Below are positions 13,801 to 30,500 of a DNA stretch of 64,000 bases, in pieces (position 1 is the first letter of the stretch; each line of letters begins with the position of its first letter). The position numbers and the translations under genes were made by a program. The notes under the pieces are model-generated. The model was not told the DNA's origin. It made no database searches and saw nothing but the letters and a program-made list of their open reading frames with translations. Location: assembly GCF_009914755.1 (NCBI RefSeq), contig NC_060937.1, one strand, 5' to 3'. The stretch comes from the human T2T-CHM13v2.0 reference genome, Homo sapiens.

Positions 13801-16770
13801 TGAAATATCAAAGTTCACAAACCATATATTATATACTGTACATAAAATATCAAAGTACCCAAGGTATATATTCTGTACTGTACAAAAAATATCAAAGTAC
13901 CCAAAGCATGTATTATATACTGTATATAAAATATGAAAGTACATCAAATATATATTTTATTCTGTACATAAAATATCAAAGTACACCAGATATATATTCT
14001 ATAGTGTACATAAAATATCAAAGTACCCAAACTATACATTATATACTGTACATAAAATATGAAATTACATCAAATATATATTATATTAGGTACATAAAAT
14101 ATGAAAGTACATCAAATATATATTATATACTGTACATAAAATATCAAAGTACCCAAATATATATTACATACTCTACATGAAATATCAAAGTTCACAAACT
14201 ATATATTATATACTGTACATAAAATATCAAAGTACCGAAGGTATATATTCTATACTGTACAAAAAATATCAATGTACCCAAAGCATGTATTATATACTGT
14301 ATATAAAATATGAAAGTACATCAAATATATATTTTATTCTGTACATAAAATATCAAAGTATACCAGATATATATTCTATAGTGTACAGAAAATATCAAAG
14401 TACCCAAACTATACATTATATACTGTACATAAAATATGAAATTACATCAAATATATATTAGGTACATAAAATATGAAAGTACATCAAATATAGATTATAT
14501 ACTGTACATAAAATATCAAAGTACCCCAAATATATATTATATACTGTACATGAAATATCAAAATTCACAAACTATATATTATATACTGTACATAAAATAT
14601 CAAAGTACCCAAGGTATATATTCTATACTGTACAAAAAATAACAAAGTACCCAAAGCATGTATTATATACTGTACATAAAATATGAAAATACATCAAATA
14701 TATATTTTATTCTGTACATAATATATGAAAGTACACCAGATATATATTCTATAGTGTACATAAAATATCAAAGTACCCAAACTATTTATTATATACTGTA
14801 CATAAAATATGAAATTACATCAAATATATATTATATTAGGTACATAAAATATGAAAGTACATCAAATATAGATTATATACTGTACATTAAATACCAAAGT
14901 ACCCCAAATATATATTTTATACTGTACATGAAATATCAAAGTTCACAAACTATATATTATATACTGTACATAAAATATCAAAGTACCCAAGGTATATATT
15001 CTATACTGTACAAAAAATATCAAAGTACCCACAGCACGTATTATATACTGTACATAAAATATGAAAGTACATCAAATATATATATTATTCTGTACATAAA
15101 ATATCAAAGTACACCAGATATATATTCTATAGTGTACATAAAATAACAAAGTACACAAACTATAAATTATATACTGTACATAAAATATGAAATTACATCA
15201 AATATATATTAGGTACATAAAATATGAAAGTACATCAAATATAGATTATATACTGTACATAAAATATCAATGTACCCCAAATATATATTTTATACTCCAC
15301 ATGAAATATCAAAGTTCACAAACCATATATTATATACTGTACATAAAATATCAAAGTACCGAAGGTATACATTCTATACTGTACAAAAAATATCAAAGTA
15401 CCCAAAGCATGTATTATATACTGTACATAAAATATGAAAGTACATCAAATATATATTTTATTCTGTACATAAAATATCAAAGTACACCAGATATATATTC
15501 TATAGTGTACATAAAATATCAAAGTACCCAAACTATACATTATATACTGTACATAAAATATGAAATTACATCAAATATATATTATATTAGGTACATAAAA
15601 TATGAAAGTACATCAAATATATATTATATACTGTACATAAAATATCAAAGTACCCAAATATATATTACATACTCTACATGAAATATCAAAGTTCACAAAC
15701 TATATATTATATACTGTACATAAAATGTCAAAGTACCGAAGGTATATATTCTATACTGTACAAAAAATATCAATGTACCCAAAGCATGTATTATATACTG
15801 TATATAAAATATGAAATTACATCAAATATATATTTTATTCTGTACATAAAATATCAAAGTATACCAGATATGTATTCTATAGTGTACATAAAATATCAAA
15901 GTACCCAAACTATACATTATATACTGTACATAAAATATGAAATTGCATCAAATATATATTAGGTACATAAAATATGAAAGTACATCAAATATAGATTATA
16001 TACTGTACATAAAATATCAAAGTACCCCAAATATACATTATATAGTCTACATGAAATATCAAAATACACAAACTATATATTATATAGTGTACATAAAATA
16101 TCAAACTACCCAAGGTATATATTCTATACTGTACAAAAAATATCAAAGTTCCCAAAGTAAGTATTATATACCGTACATAAAATATGAAAGTACATCAAAT
16201 ATATATTTTATTCTCTACATAAAATATGAAAGTACACAAGATATATATTTTATATATAATATAAATACATAAGTACATAAAATATCAAAGTACACAAACT
16301 ATATATTATGTACTGTACATAAAATATGAAATTTCATCAAATATATATTAGGTACATAAAATATGAAAGTACATCAAATATAGATTGTATACTGTACATA
16401 AAATATCAAAGTACACCAAATATATATTATATACTGAACATGAAATATCAAAGTTCACAAACTATATATTATATACTGTACATAAAATATCAAATACACA
16501 AGGTATATATTCTATACTGTTCAAAAAATATCAAAGTACCCAAAGCATGTATTATATATTGTACATAAAATATGAAAGTACATCAAATATATATTTTATT
16601 CTGTGCATAAAATACCAAAGTACACCAGATATATATTATATGGTGTACATAAAATATCAATGTACCCAAACTATACATTAAATACTGTACATAAAATATC
16701 AAATTACATCAAATATATATTATATTAGGTACATAAAATATGAAAGTACATCAAATATATATTTTATTCT
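10868..16770 (+). repeat. Super-repeat copy B, truncated (unit positions ~1-5900)
   Basis: Matches copy A at +10,867 until ~16,730-16,774, where GTACCTAAAA (diagnostic of unit position 839) appears instead of the unit-5904 sequence. Confidence 0.9.
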
Positions 16771-19700
16771 GTACCTAAAATATCAAAGTACACCAGATAT
16801 ATATTCTATAGTGTACATAAAATATCAAAGTACCCAAACTATACATTATATACTGTACATAAAATATGAAATTACATCAAATATATATTATATTAGGTAC
16901 ATAAAATATGAAAGTACATCAAATATAGATTATATACTGTACATAAAATATCAAAGTACTCCAAATATATATTATATACTCTACATGAAATATCAAAGTT
17001 CACAAACTATATATTATATACTGTACATAAAATATCAAAGTACCCAAGGTATATATTCTATACTGTAGAAAAAATATCAAAGTACCCAAAGCATGTATTA
17101 TATACTGTACATAAAATATGAAAGTACATCAAATATATATTTTATTCTGTACATAAAATATCAAAGTACACCAGATATATATTCTATAGTGTACATAAAA
17201 TATCAAAGTACCCAAACTATACATTATATACTGTACATAAAATATGAAATTACATCAAATATATATTATATTAGGTACATAAAATATGAAAGTACATGAA
17301 ATATAGATTATATACTATACATTAAATACCAAAGTACCCCAAATATATATTTTATACTGTACATGAAATTTCAAAGTTCACAAACTCTATATTATATACT
17401 GTACATAAAATATCAAAGTACCCAAGGTATATATTCTATACTGTACAAAAAATATCAAAGTTCCCAAAGCATGTATTATATACTGTATATAAAATATGAA
17501 AGTACATCAAATATATATTTTATTCTGTACATAAAATGTCAAAGTACACCAGATATATATTCTATAGTTTACATAAAATAACAAAGTACAAAAACTATAA
17601 ATTATATACTGTACATAAAATATGAAATTACATCAAATATATATTAGGTACATAAAATATGAAAGTACATCAAATATAGATTATATACTGTACATAAAAT
17701 ATCAATGTACCCCAAATATATGTTTTATACTCTACATGAAATATCAAAGTTCACAAACCATATATTATATACTGTACATAAAATATCAAATTACCCAAGG
17801 TATATATTCTATACTGTACAAAAAATATCAAAGTAACCAAAGCATCTATTATATATTGTACATAAAATATGAAAGTATATCAAATATATATTTTATTCTG
17901 TACATAAAATATCAAAGTACACCAGATATATATTCTATAATGTACATAAAATATCAAAGTACCCAAACTATACATTATATACTGTACATAAAATATGAAA
18001 TTACATCAAATATATTTTATATTAGGTACATAAAATATGAAAGTACATCAAATATAGATTATATACTGTACATTAAATACCAAAGTACCCCAAATATATA
18101 TTTTATACTGTACATGAAATATCAAAGTTCACAAACTATATATTATATACTGTACATATAATATCAAAGTACCCGAGGTATATATTCTATACTGTACAAA
18201 GAATAACAAAGTACCAAAAACATGTATTATATACTGTACCTAAAATATGAAAGTACATCAAATATATATTTTATTCTGTACATAAAATATCAAAGTACAC
18301 CAGATATATATTCTATAGTGTACATAAAATATCAAAGTACCCAAACTATACATTATATACTGTACATAAAATATGAAATTACATCAAATATATATTATAT
18401 TAGGTACATAAAATATGAAAGTACATCAAATATAGATTATGTACTGTACATTAAATACCAAAGTACCCCAAATATATATTTTATACTGTACATGAAATTT
18501 CAAAGTTCACAAACTATATATTATATACTGTACATAAAATATCAAAGTACCCAAGGTATATTTTCTATACTGTACAAAAAATATCAAAGTACCCAAAGCA
18601 TGTATTATATTCTGTACATAAAATATGAAAGTACGTCAAATATATATTTTATTCTGTACATAAAATATCAAAGTACACCAGATATATATTCTATAGTGTA
18701 CATAAAATAACAAAGTACACAAACTATAAATTATATACTGTACATAAAATATGAAATTACATCAAATATATATTAGGTACATAAAATATGAAAGTACATC
18801 AAATATAGATTATATACTGTACATATAATATCAATGTACCCCAAATATATATTTTGTACTCTACATGAAATATCAAAGTTCACAAACCATATATTATATA
18901 CTGTACATAAAATATCAAAGTACCCAAGGTATATATTCTGTACTGTACAAAAAATATCAAAGTACCCAAAGCATGTATTATATACTGTATATAAAATATG
19001 AAAGTACATCAAATGTATATTTTATTCTGTACATAAAATATCAAAGTACACCAGATATATATTCTATAGTGTACATAAAATATCAAAGTACCCAAACTAT
19101 ACATTATATACTGTACATAAAATATGAAATTACATCAAATATATATTATATTAGGTACATAAAATATGAAAGTACATCAAATATATATTATATACTGTAC
19201 ATAAAATATCAAAGTACCCAAATATATATTACATACTCTACATGAAATATCAAAGTTCACAAACTATATATTATATACTGTACATAAAATATCAAAGTAC
19301 CGAAGGTATATATTCTATACTGTACAAAAAATATCAATGTACCCAAAGCATGTATTATATACTGTATATAAAATATGAAAGTACATCAAATATATATTTT
19401 ATTCTGTACATAAAATATCAAAGTATACCAGATATATATTCTATAGTGTACAGAAAATATCAAAGTACCCAAACTATACATTATATACTGTACATAAAAT
19501 ATGAAATTACATCAAATATATATTAGGTACATAAAATATGAAAGTACATCAAATATAGATTATATACTGTACATAAAATATCAAAGTACCCCAAATATAT
19601 ATTATATACTGTACATGAAATATCAAAATTCACAAACTATATATTATATACTGTACATAAAATATCAAAGTACCCAAGGTATATATTCTATACTGTACAA

Positions 19701-22700
19701 AAAATAACAAAGTACCCAAAGCATGTATTATATACTGTACATAAAATATGAAAATACATCAAATATATATTTTATTCTGTACATAATATATGAAAGTACA
19801 CCAGATATATATTCTATAGTGTACATAAAATATCAAAGTACCCAAACTATTTATTATATACTGTACATAAAATATGAAATTACATCAAATATATATTATA
19901 TTAGGTACATAAAATATGAAAGTACATCAAATATAGATTATATACTGTACATTAAATACCAAAGTACCCCAAATATATATTTTATACTGTACATGAAATA
20001 TCAAAGTTCACAAACTATATATTATATACTGTACATAAAATATCAAAGTACCCAAGGTATATATTCTATACTGTACAAAAAATATCAAAGTACCCACAGC
20101 ACGTATTATATACTGTACATAAAATATGAAAGTACATCAAATATATATATTATTCTGTACATAAAATATCAAAGTACACCAGATATATATTCTATAGTGT
20201 ACATAAAATAACAAAGTACACAAACTATAAATTATATACTGTACATAAAATATGAAATTACATCAAATATATATTAGGTACATAAAATATGAAAGTACAT
20301 CAAGTATAGATTATATACTGTACATAAAATATCAATGTACCCCAAATATATATTTTATACTCCACATGAAATATCAAAGTTCACAAACCATATATTATAT
20401 ACTGTACATAAAATATCAAAGTACCGAAGGTATACATTCTATACTGTACAAAAAATATCAAAGTACCCAAAGCATGTATTATATACTGTACATAAAATAT
20501 GAAAGTACATCAAATATATATTTTATTCTGTACATAAAATATCAAAGTACACCAGATATATATTCTATAGTGTACATAAAATATCAAAGTACCCAAACTA
20601 TACATTATATACTGTACATAAAATATGAAATTACATCAAATATATATTATATTAGGTACATAAAATATGAAAGTACATCAAATATATATTATATACTGTA
20701 CATAAAATATCAAAGTACCCAAATATATATTACATACTCTACATGAAATATCAAAGTTCACAAACTATATATTATATACTGTACATAAAATGTCAAAGTA
20801 CCGAAGGTATATATTCTATACTGTACAAAAAATATCAATGTACCCAAAGCATGTATTATATACTGTATATAAAATATGAAATTACATCAAATATATATTT
20901 TATTCTGTACATAAAATATCAAAGTATACCAGATATATATTCTATAGTGTACATAAAATATCAAAGTACCCAAACTATACATTATATACTGTACATAAAA
21001 TATGAAATTGCATCAAATATATATTAGGTACATAAAATATGAAAGTACATCAAATATAGATTATATACTGTACATAAAATATCAAAGTACCCCAAATATA
21101 CATTATATAGTCTACATGAAATATCAAAATACACAAACTATATATTATATAGTGTACATAAAATATCAAACTACCCAAGGTATATATTCTATACTGTACA
21201 AAAAATATCAAAGTTCCCAAAGTAAGTATTATATACCGTACATAAAATATGAAAGTACATCAAATATATATTTTATTCTCTACATAAAATATGAAAGTAC
21301 ACAAGATATATATTTTATATATAATATAAATACATAAGTACATAAAATATCAAAGTACACAAACTATATATTATGTACTGTACATAAAATATGAAATTTC
21401 ATCAAATATATATTAGGTACATAAAATATGAAAGTACATCAAATATAGATTGTATACTGTACATAAAATATCAAAGTACACCAAATATATATTATATACT
21501 GAACATGAAATATCAAAGTTCACAAACTATATATTATATACTGTACATAAAATATCAAATACACAAGGTATATATTCTATACTGTTCAAAAAATATCAAA
21601 GTACCCAAAGCATGTATTATATATTGTACATAAAATATGAAAGTACATCAAATATATATTTTATTCTGTGCATAAAATACCAAAGTACACCAGATATATA
21701 TTATATGGTGTACATAAAATATCAATGTACCCAAACTATACATTAAATACTGTACATAAAATATCAAATTACATCAAATATATATTATATTAGGTACATA
21801 AAATATGAAAGTACATCAAATATATATTTTATTCTGTACATAAAATATCAAAGTACACCAGATATATATTCTATAGTGTACATAAAATATCAAAGTAGCC
21901 AAACTATACATTATATACTGTACATAAAATATGAAATTACATCAAATATATATTATATTAGGTACATAAAATATGAAAGTACATGAAATATAGATTATAT
22001 ACTGTACATAAAATATCAAAGTACCCCAAATATATATTACATACTCTACATGAAATATCAAATTTCACAAGCCATATATTATATACTGTACATAAAATAT
22101 CAAAGTACCCAAGGTATATATTCTATACTGTACAAAAAATATCAAAGTACCCAAAGCATGTATTATATACTGTACATAAAATATGAAAGTACATCAAATA
22201 TATATTTTATTCTGTACATAAAATATCAAAGTACACCAGATATATATTCTATAGTGTACATAAAATAACAAAGTACAAAAACTATAAAATACATACTGTA
22301 CATAAAATATGAAATTACATCAAATATATATTAAGTACATAAAATATGAAAGTACATCAAATATAGATTATATACTGTACATAAAATATCAATGTACCCC
22401 AAATATATATGTTATACTCTACATGAAATATCAAAGTTCACAAACCATATATTATATACTGTACATAAAATATCAAAGTACCCAAGTTATATATTCTATA
22501 ATATACAAAAAATATCAAAGTACCCAAAGCATGTATTATATACTGTACATAAAATATGAAAGTACATCAAATATATATTTTATTCTTTACATAAAATATC
22601 AAAGTACACCAGATATATATTCTATAGTGTACATAAAATATCAAAGTACCCAAACTATACATTATATACTGTACATAAAATATGAGATTACATCCAATAT

Positions 22701-24545
22701 ATATTATATTAGGTACATAAAATATGAAAGTACATCAAATATAGATTATATAGTGTACATAAAATATCAAAGTACCCCAAATATATATTTTATACTCGAC
22801 ATGAAATATCAAAGTTCAGAAACCATATCTTATATACTGTACATAAAATATCAAAGTACCCAAGGTATATATTCTATACTGTACAAAAAATATCAAAGTA
22901 CCCTAATCAAGTATTATATACTGTACATAAAATATGAAAGTACATCAAATATATATTTTATTCTGTACATAAAATATCAAAGTACACCAGATATATATTC
23001 TATAGTGTACATAAAATATCAAAGTACCCAAACTATACATTATATACTGTACATAAAATATGAAATTATATCAAATATATATTATATTAGGTACATAAAA
23101 TATGAAAGTACATCAAATATATATTATATACTGTACATAAAATATCAAAGTACCCAAATATATATTACATACTCTACATGAAATATCAAAGTTCACAAAC
23201 TATATATTATATACTGTACATAAAATGTCAAAGTACCGAAGGTATATATTCTATATTGTACAAAAAATATCAATGTACCCAAAGCATGTATTATATACTG
23301 TATATAAAATATGAAATTACATCAAATATATATTATATTCTGTACATAAAATATCAAAGTATACCAGATATATATTCTATAGTGTACATAAAATATCAAA
23401 GTACCCAAACTATACATTATATACTGTACATAAAATATGAAATTGCATCAAATATATATTAGGTACATAAAATATGAAAGTACATCAAATATAGATTATA
23501 TACTGTACATAAAATATCAAAGTACACCAGATATATATTCTATAGTGTACATAAAATATCAAAGTACCCAAACTATACATTATATACTGTTTTAAAATAT
23601 GAAATTACATCAAATATATATTAGGTACATAAAATATGAAAGTACATCAAATATAGATTATATACTGTACATTAAATACCAAAGTACCCCAAATATATAT
23701 TTTATACTGTACATGAAATATCAAAGTTCACAAACTATATATTATATACTGTACATAAAATATCAAAGTACCCAAGGTATATATTCTGTACTGTACAAAA
23801 AATAACAAAGTACCAAAAGCATGTATTATAAACTGTACATAAAATATGAAAGTACATCAAATATATATTTTATTCTGTACATAAAATATCAAAGTACACC
23901 AGATATATATTATATAGTGTACATAAAATATCAAAGTACCCAAACTATACATTATATACTGTACATAAAATATGAAATTACATCAAATATATATTATATT
24001 AGGTACATAAAATATGAAAGTACATCAAATATAGATTATATACTGTACATAAAATATCAAAGTACTCCAAATATATATTATATACTCTACATGAAATATC
24101 AAAGTTCACAAACTATATATTATATACTGTACATAAAATATCAAAATACCCAAGGTATATATTCTATACTGCACAAAAAATATCAAAGTACCCAAAGCAT
24201 GTATTGTATACTGTATATAAAATATGAAAGTACATCAAATATATATTTTATTCTGTACATAAAATATCAAAGTACACCAGATATATATTCTATAGTGTAC
24301 ATAAAATAACAAAGTACACAAACTATAAATTATATACTGTACATAAAATATGAAATTACATCAAATATATATTAGGTACATAAAATATGAAAGTACATCA
24401 AATATAGATTATATACTGTACATAAAATATCAATGTACCCCAAATATATATTTTATGCTCCACATGAAATATCAAAGTTCAGAGACCATATATTGTATAC
24501 TGTACATAAAATATCAAAACACCCAAGGTATACATTCTATACTGT
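16771..24545 (+). repeat. Super-repeat copy C (unit ~839-10867) with an internal 2,254-bp deletion
   Basis: Offset to copy A is +15,932 (1161->17093, 6118->22050), then +13,678 (8631->22309, 9921->23599, 10672->24350). Confidence 0.9.
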
Positions 24546-27500
24546 ACAAAAAATATCAAAGTACCCAAAGCATGTATTATATACTGTACATAAAATATGA
24601 AAGTACATCAAATATATATTTTATTCTGTACATAAAATATCAAAGTACACCAGATATATATTCTATAGTGTACATAAAATATCAAAGTACCCAAACTATA
24701 CATTATATACTGTACATAAAATATGAAATTACATCAAATATATATTATATTAGGTACATAAAATATGAAAGTACATCAAATATAGATTATATACTGTACA
24801 TTAAATACCAAAGTACCCCAAATATATATTTTATACTGTACATGAAATTTCAAAGTTCACAAACTATATATTATATACTGTACATAAAATATCAAAGTAC
24901 CCAAGGTATATATTCTATACTGTACAAAAAATATCAAAGTACCCAAAGCATGTATTATATACTGTACATAAAATATGAAAGTACATCAAATATATATTTT
25001 ATTCTGTACATAAAATATCAAAGTACACCAGATATATATTCTATAGTGTACATAATATATAAAAGTACCCAAACTATACATTATATACTGTACATAAAAT
25101 ATGAAATTACATCAAATATATATTATATTAGGTACATAAAATATGAAAGTACATCAAATATAGATTATATACTGTACATTAAATACCAAAGTACCCCAAA
25201 TATATATTTTATACTGTACATGAAATATCAAAGTTCACAAAATATATATTATATACTGTACATAAAATATCAAAGTACCCAAGGTATATATTCTATACTG
25301 TACAAAAAATATCAAAGTACCCAAAGCATGTATTATAAACTATACATAAAATATGAAAGTACATCAAATATATATTTTATTCTGTACCTAAAATATCAAA
25401 GTACACCAGATATATATTCTATAGTGTACATAAAATATCAAAGTACCCAAACTATACATTATATACTGTACATAAAATATGAAATTACATCAAATATATA
25501 TTATATTAGGTACATAAAATATGAAAGTACATCAAATATAGATTATATACTGTACATAAAATATCAAAGTACTCCAAATATATATTATATACTCTACATG
25601 AAATATCAAAGTTCACAAACTATATATTATATACTGTACATAAAATATCAAAGTACCCAAGGTATATATTCTATACTGTAGAAAAAATATCAAAGTACCC
25701 AAAGCATGTATTATATACTGTACATAAAATATGAAAGTACATCAAATATATATTTTATTCTGTACATAAAATATCAAAGTACACCAGATATATATTCTAT
25801 AGTGTACATAAAATATCAAAGTACCCAAACTATACATTATATACTGTACATAAAATATGAAATTACATCAAATATATATTATATTAGGTACATAAAATAT
25901 GAAAGTACATGAAATATAGATTATATACTATACATTAAATACCAAAGTACCCCAAATATATATTTTATACTGTACATGAAATTTCAAAGTTCACAAACTC
26001 TATATTATATACTGTACATAAAATATCAAAGTACCCAAGGTATATATTCTATACTGTACAAAAAATATCAAAGTTCCCAAAGCATGTATTATATACTGTA
26101 TATAAAATATGAAAGTACATCAAATATATATTTTATTCTGTACATAAAATGTCAAAGTACACCAGATATATATTCTATAGTTTACATAAAATAACAAAGT
26201 ACAAAAACTATAAATTATATACTGTACATAAAATATGAAATTACATCAAATATATATTAGGTACATAAAATATGAAAGTACATCAAATATAGATTATATA
26301 CTGTACATAAAATATCAATGTACCCCAAATATATGTTTTATACTCTACATGAAATATCAAAGTTCACAAACCATATATTATATACTGTACATAAAATATC
26401 AAATTACCCAAGGTATATATTCTATACTGTACAAAAAATATCAAAGTAACCAAAGCATCTATTATATATTGTACATAAAATATGAAAGTATATCAAATAT
26501 ATATTTTATTCTGTACATAAAATATCAAAGTACACCAGATATATATTCTATAATGTACATAAAATATCAAAGTACCCAAACTATACATTATATACTGTAC
26601 ATAAAATATGAAATTACATCAAATATATTTTATATTAGGTACATAAAATATGAAAGTACATCAAATATAGATTATATACTGTACATTAAATACCAAAGTA
26701 CCCCAAATATATATTTTATACTGTACATGAAATATCAAAGTTCACAAACTATATATTATATACTGTACATATAATATCAAAGTACCCGAGGTATATATTC
26801 TATACTGTACAAAGAATAACAAAGTACCAAAAACATGTATTATATACTGTACCTAAAATATGAAAGTACATCAAATATATATTTTATTCTGTACATAAAA
26901 TATCAAAGTACACCAGATATATATTCTATAGTGTACATAAAATATCAAAGTACCCAAACTATACATTATATACTGTACATAAAATATGAAATTACATCAA
27001 ATATATATTATATTAGGTACATAAAATATGAAAGTACATCAAATATAGATTATGTACTGTACATTAAATACCAAAGTACCCCAAATATATATTTTATACT
27101 GTACATGAAATTTCAAAGTTCACAAACTATATATTATATACTGTACATAAAATATCAAAGTACCCAAGGTATATTTTCTATACTGTACAAAAAATATCAA
27201 AGTACCCAAAGCATGTATTATATTCTGTACATAAAATATGAAAGTACGTCAAATATATATTTTATTCTGTACATAAAATATCAAAGTACACCAGATATAT
27301 ATTCTATAGTGTACATAAAATAACAAAGTACACAAACTATAAATTATATACTGTACATAAAATATGAAATTACATCAAATATATATTAGGTACATAAAAT
27401 ATGAAAGTACATCAAATATAGATTATATACTGTACATATAATATCAATGTACCCCAAATATATATTTTGTACTCTACATGAAATATCAAAGTTCACAAAC

Positions 27501-30500
27501 CATATATTATATACTGTACATAAAATATCAAAGTACCCAAGGTATATATTCTGTACTGTACAAAAAATATCAAAGTACCCAAAGCATGTATTATATACTG
27601 TATATAAAATATGAAAGTACATCAAATATATATTTTATTCTGTACATAAAATATCAAAGTACACCAGATATATATTCTATAGTGTACATAAAATATCAAA
27701 GTACCCAAACTATACATTATATACTGTACATAAAATATGAAATTACATCAAATATATATTATATTAGGTACATAAAATATGAAAGTACATCAAATATATA
27801 TTATATACTGTACATAAAATATCAAAGTACCCAAATATATATTACATACTCTACATGAAATATCAAAGTTCACAAACTATATATTATATACTGTACATAA
27901 AATATCAAAGTACCGAAGGTATATATTCTATACTGTACAAAAAATATCAATGTACCCAAAGCATGTATTATATACTGTATATAAAATATGAAAGTACATC
28001 AAATATATATTTTATTCTGTACATAAAATATCAAAGTATACCAGATATATATTCTATAGTGTACAGAAAATATCAAAGTACCCAAACTATACATTATATA
28101 CTGTACATAAAATATGAAATTACATCAAATATATATTAGGTACATAAAATATGAAAGTACATCAAATATAGATTATATACTGTACATAAAATATCAAAGT
28201 ACCCCAAATATATATTATATACTGTACATGAAATATCAAAATTCACAAACTATATATTATATACTGTACATAAAATATCAAAGTACCCAAGGTATATATT
28301 CTATACTGTACAAAAAATAACAAAGTACCCAAAGCATGTATTATATACTGTACATAAAATATGAAAATACATCAAATATATATTTTATTCTGTACATAAT
28401 ATATGAAAGTACACCAGATATATATTCTATAGTGTACATAAAATATCAAAGTACCCAAACTATTTATTATATACTGTACATAAAATATGAAATTACATCA
28501 AATATATATTATATTAGGTACATAAAATATGAAAGTACATCAAATATAGATTATATACTGTACATTAAATACCAAAGTACCCCAAATATATATTTTATAC
28601 TGTACATGAAATATCAAAGTTCACAAACTATATATTATATACTGTACATAAAATATCAAAGTACCCAAGGTATATATTCTATACTGTACAAAAAATATCA
28701 AAGTACCCACAGCACGTATTATATACTGTACATAAAATATGAAAGTACATCAAATATATATATTATTCTGTACATAAAATATCAAAGTACACCAGATATA
28801 TATTCTATAGTGTACATAAAATAACAAAGTACACAAACTATAAATTATATACTGTACATAAAATATGAAATTACATCAAATATATATTAGGTACATAAAA
28901 TATGAAAGTACATCAAATATAGATTATATACTGTACATAAAATATCAATGTACCCCAAATATATATTTTATACTCCACATGAAATATCAAAGTTCACAAA
29001 CCATATATTATATACTGTACATAAAATATCAAAGTACCGAAGGTATACATTCTATACTGTACAAAAAATATCAAAGTACCCAAAGCATGTATTATATACT
29101 GTACATAAAATATGAAAGTACATCAAATATATATTTTATTCTGTACATAAAATATCAAAGTACACCAGATATATATTCTATAGTGTACATAAAATATCAA
29201 AGTACCCAAACTATACATTATATACTGTACATAAAATATGAAATTACATCAAATATATATTATATTAGGTACATAAAATATGAAAGTACATCAAATATAT
29301 ATTATATACTGTACATAAAATATCAAAGTACCCAAATATATATTACATACTCTACATGAAATATCAAAGTTCACAAACTATATATTATATACTGTACATA
29401 AAATGTCAAAGTACCGAAGGTATATATTCTATACTGTACAAAAAATATCAATGTACCCAAAGCATGTATTATATACTGTATATAAAATATGAAATTACAT
29501 CAAATATATATTTTATTCTGTACATAAAATATCAAAGTATACCAGATATGTATTCTATAGTGTACATAAAATATCAAAGTACCCAAACTATACATTATAT
29601 ACTGTACATAAAATATGAAATTGCATCAAATATATATTAGGTACATAAAATATGAAAGTACATCAAATATAGATTATATACTGTACATAAAATATCAAAG
29701 TACCCCAAATATACATTATATAGTCTACATGAAATATCAAAATACACAAACTATATATTATATAGTGTACATAAAATATCAAACTACCCAAGGTATATAT
29801 TCTATACTGTACAAAAAATATCAAAGTTCCCAAAGTAAGTATTATATACCGTACATAAAATATGAAAGTACATCAAATATATATTTTATTCTCTACATAA
29901 AATATGAAAGTACACAAGATATATATTTTATATATAATATAAATACATAAGTACATAAAATATCAAAGTACACAAACTATATATTATGTACTGTACATAA
30001 AATATGAAATTTCATCAAATATATATTAGGTACATAAAATATGAAAGTACATCAAATATAGATTGTATACTGTACATAAAATATCAAAGTACACCAAATA
30101 TATATTATATACTGAACATGAAATATCAAAGTTCACAAACTATATATTATATACTGTACATAAAATATCAAATACACAAGGTATATATTCTATACTGTTC
30201 AAAAAATATCAAAGTACCCAAAGCATGTATTATATATTGTACATAAAATATGAAAGTACATCAAATATATATTTTATTCTGTGCATAAAATACCAAAGTA
30301 CACCAGATATATATTATATGGTGTACATAAAATATCAATGTACCCAAACTATACATTAAATACTGTACATAAAATATCAAATTACATCAAATATATATTA
30401 TATTAGGTACATAAAATATGAAAGTACATCAAATATATATTTTATTCTGTACATAAAATATCAAAGTACACCAGATATATATTCTATAGTGTACATAAAA

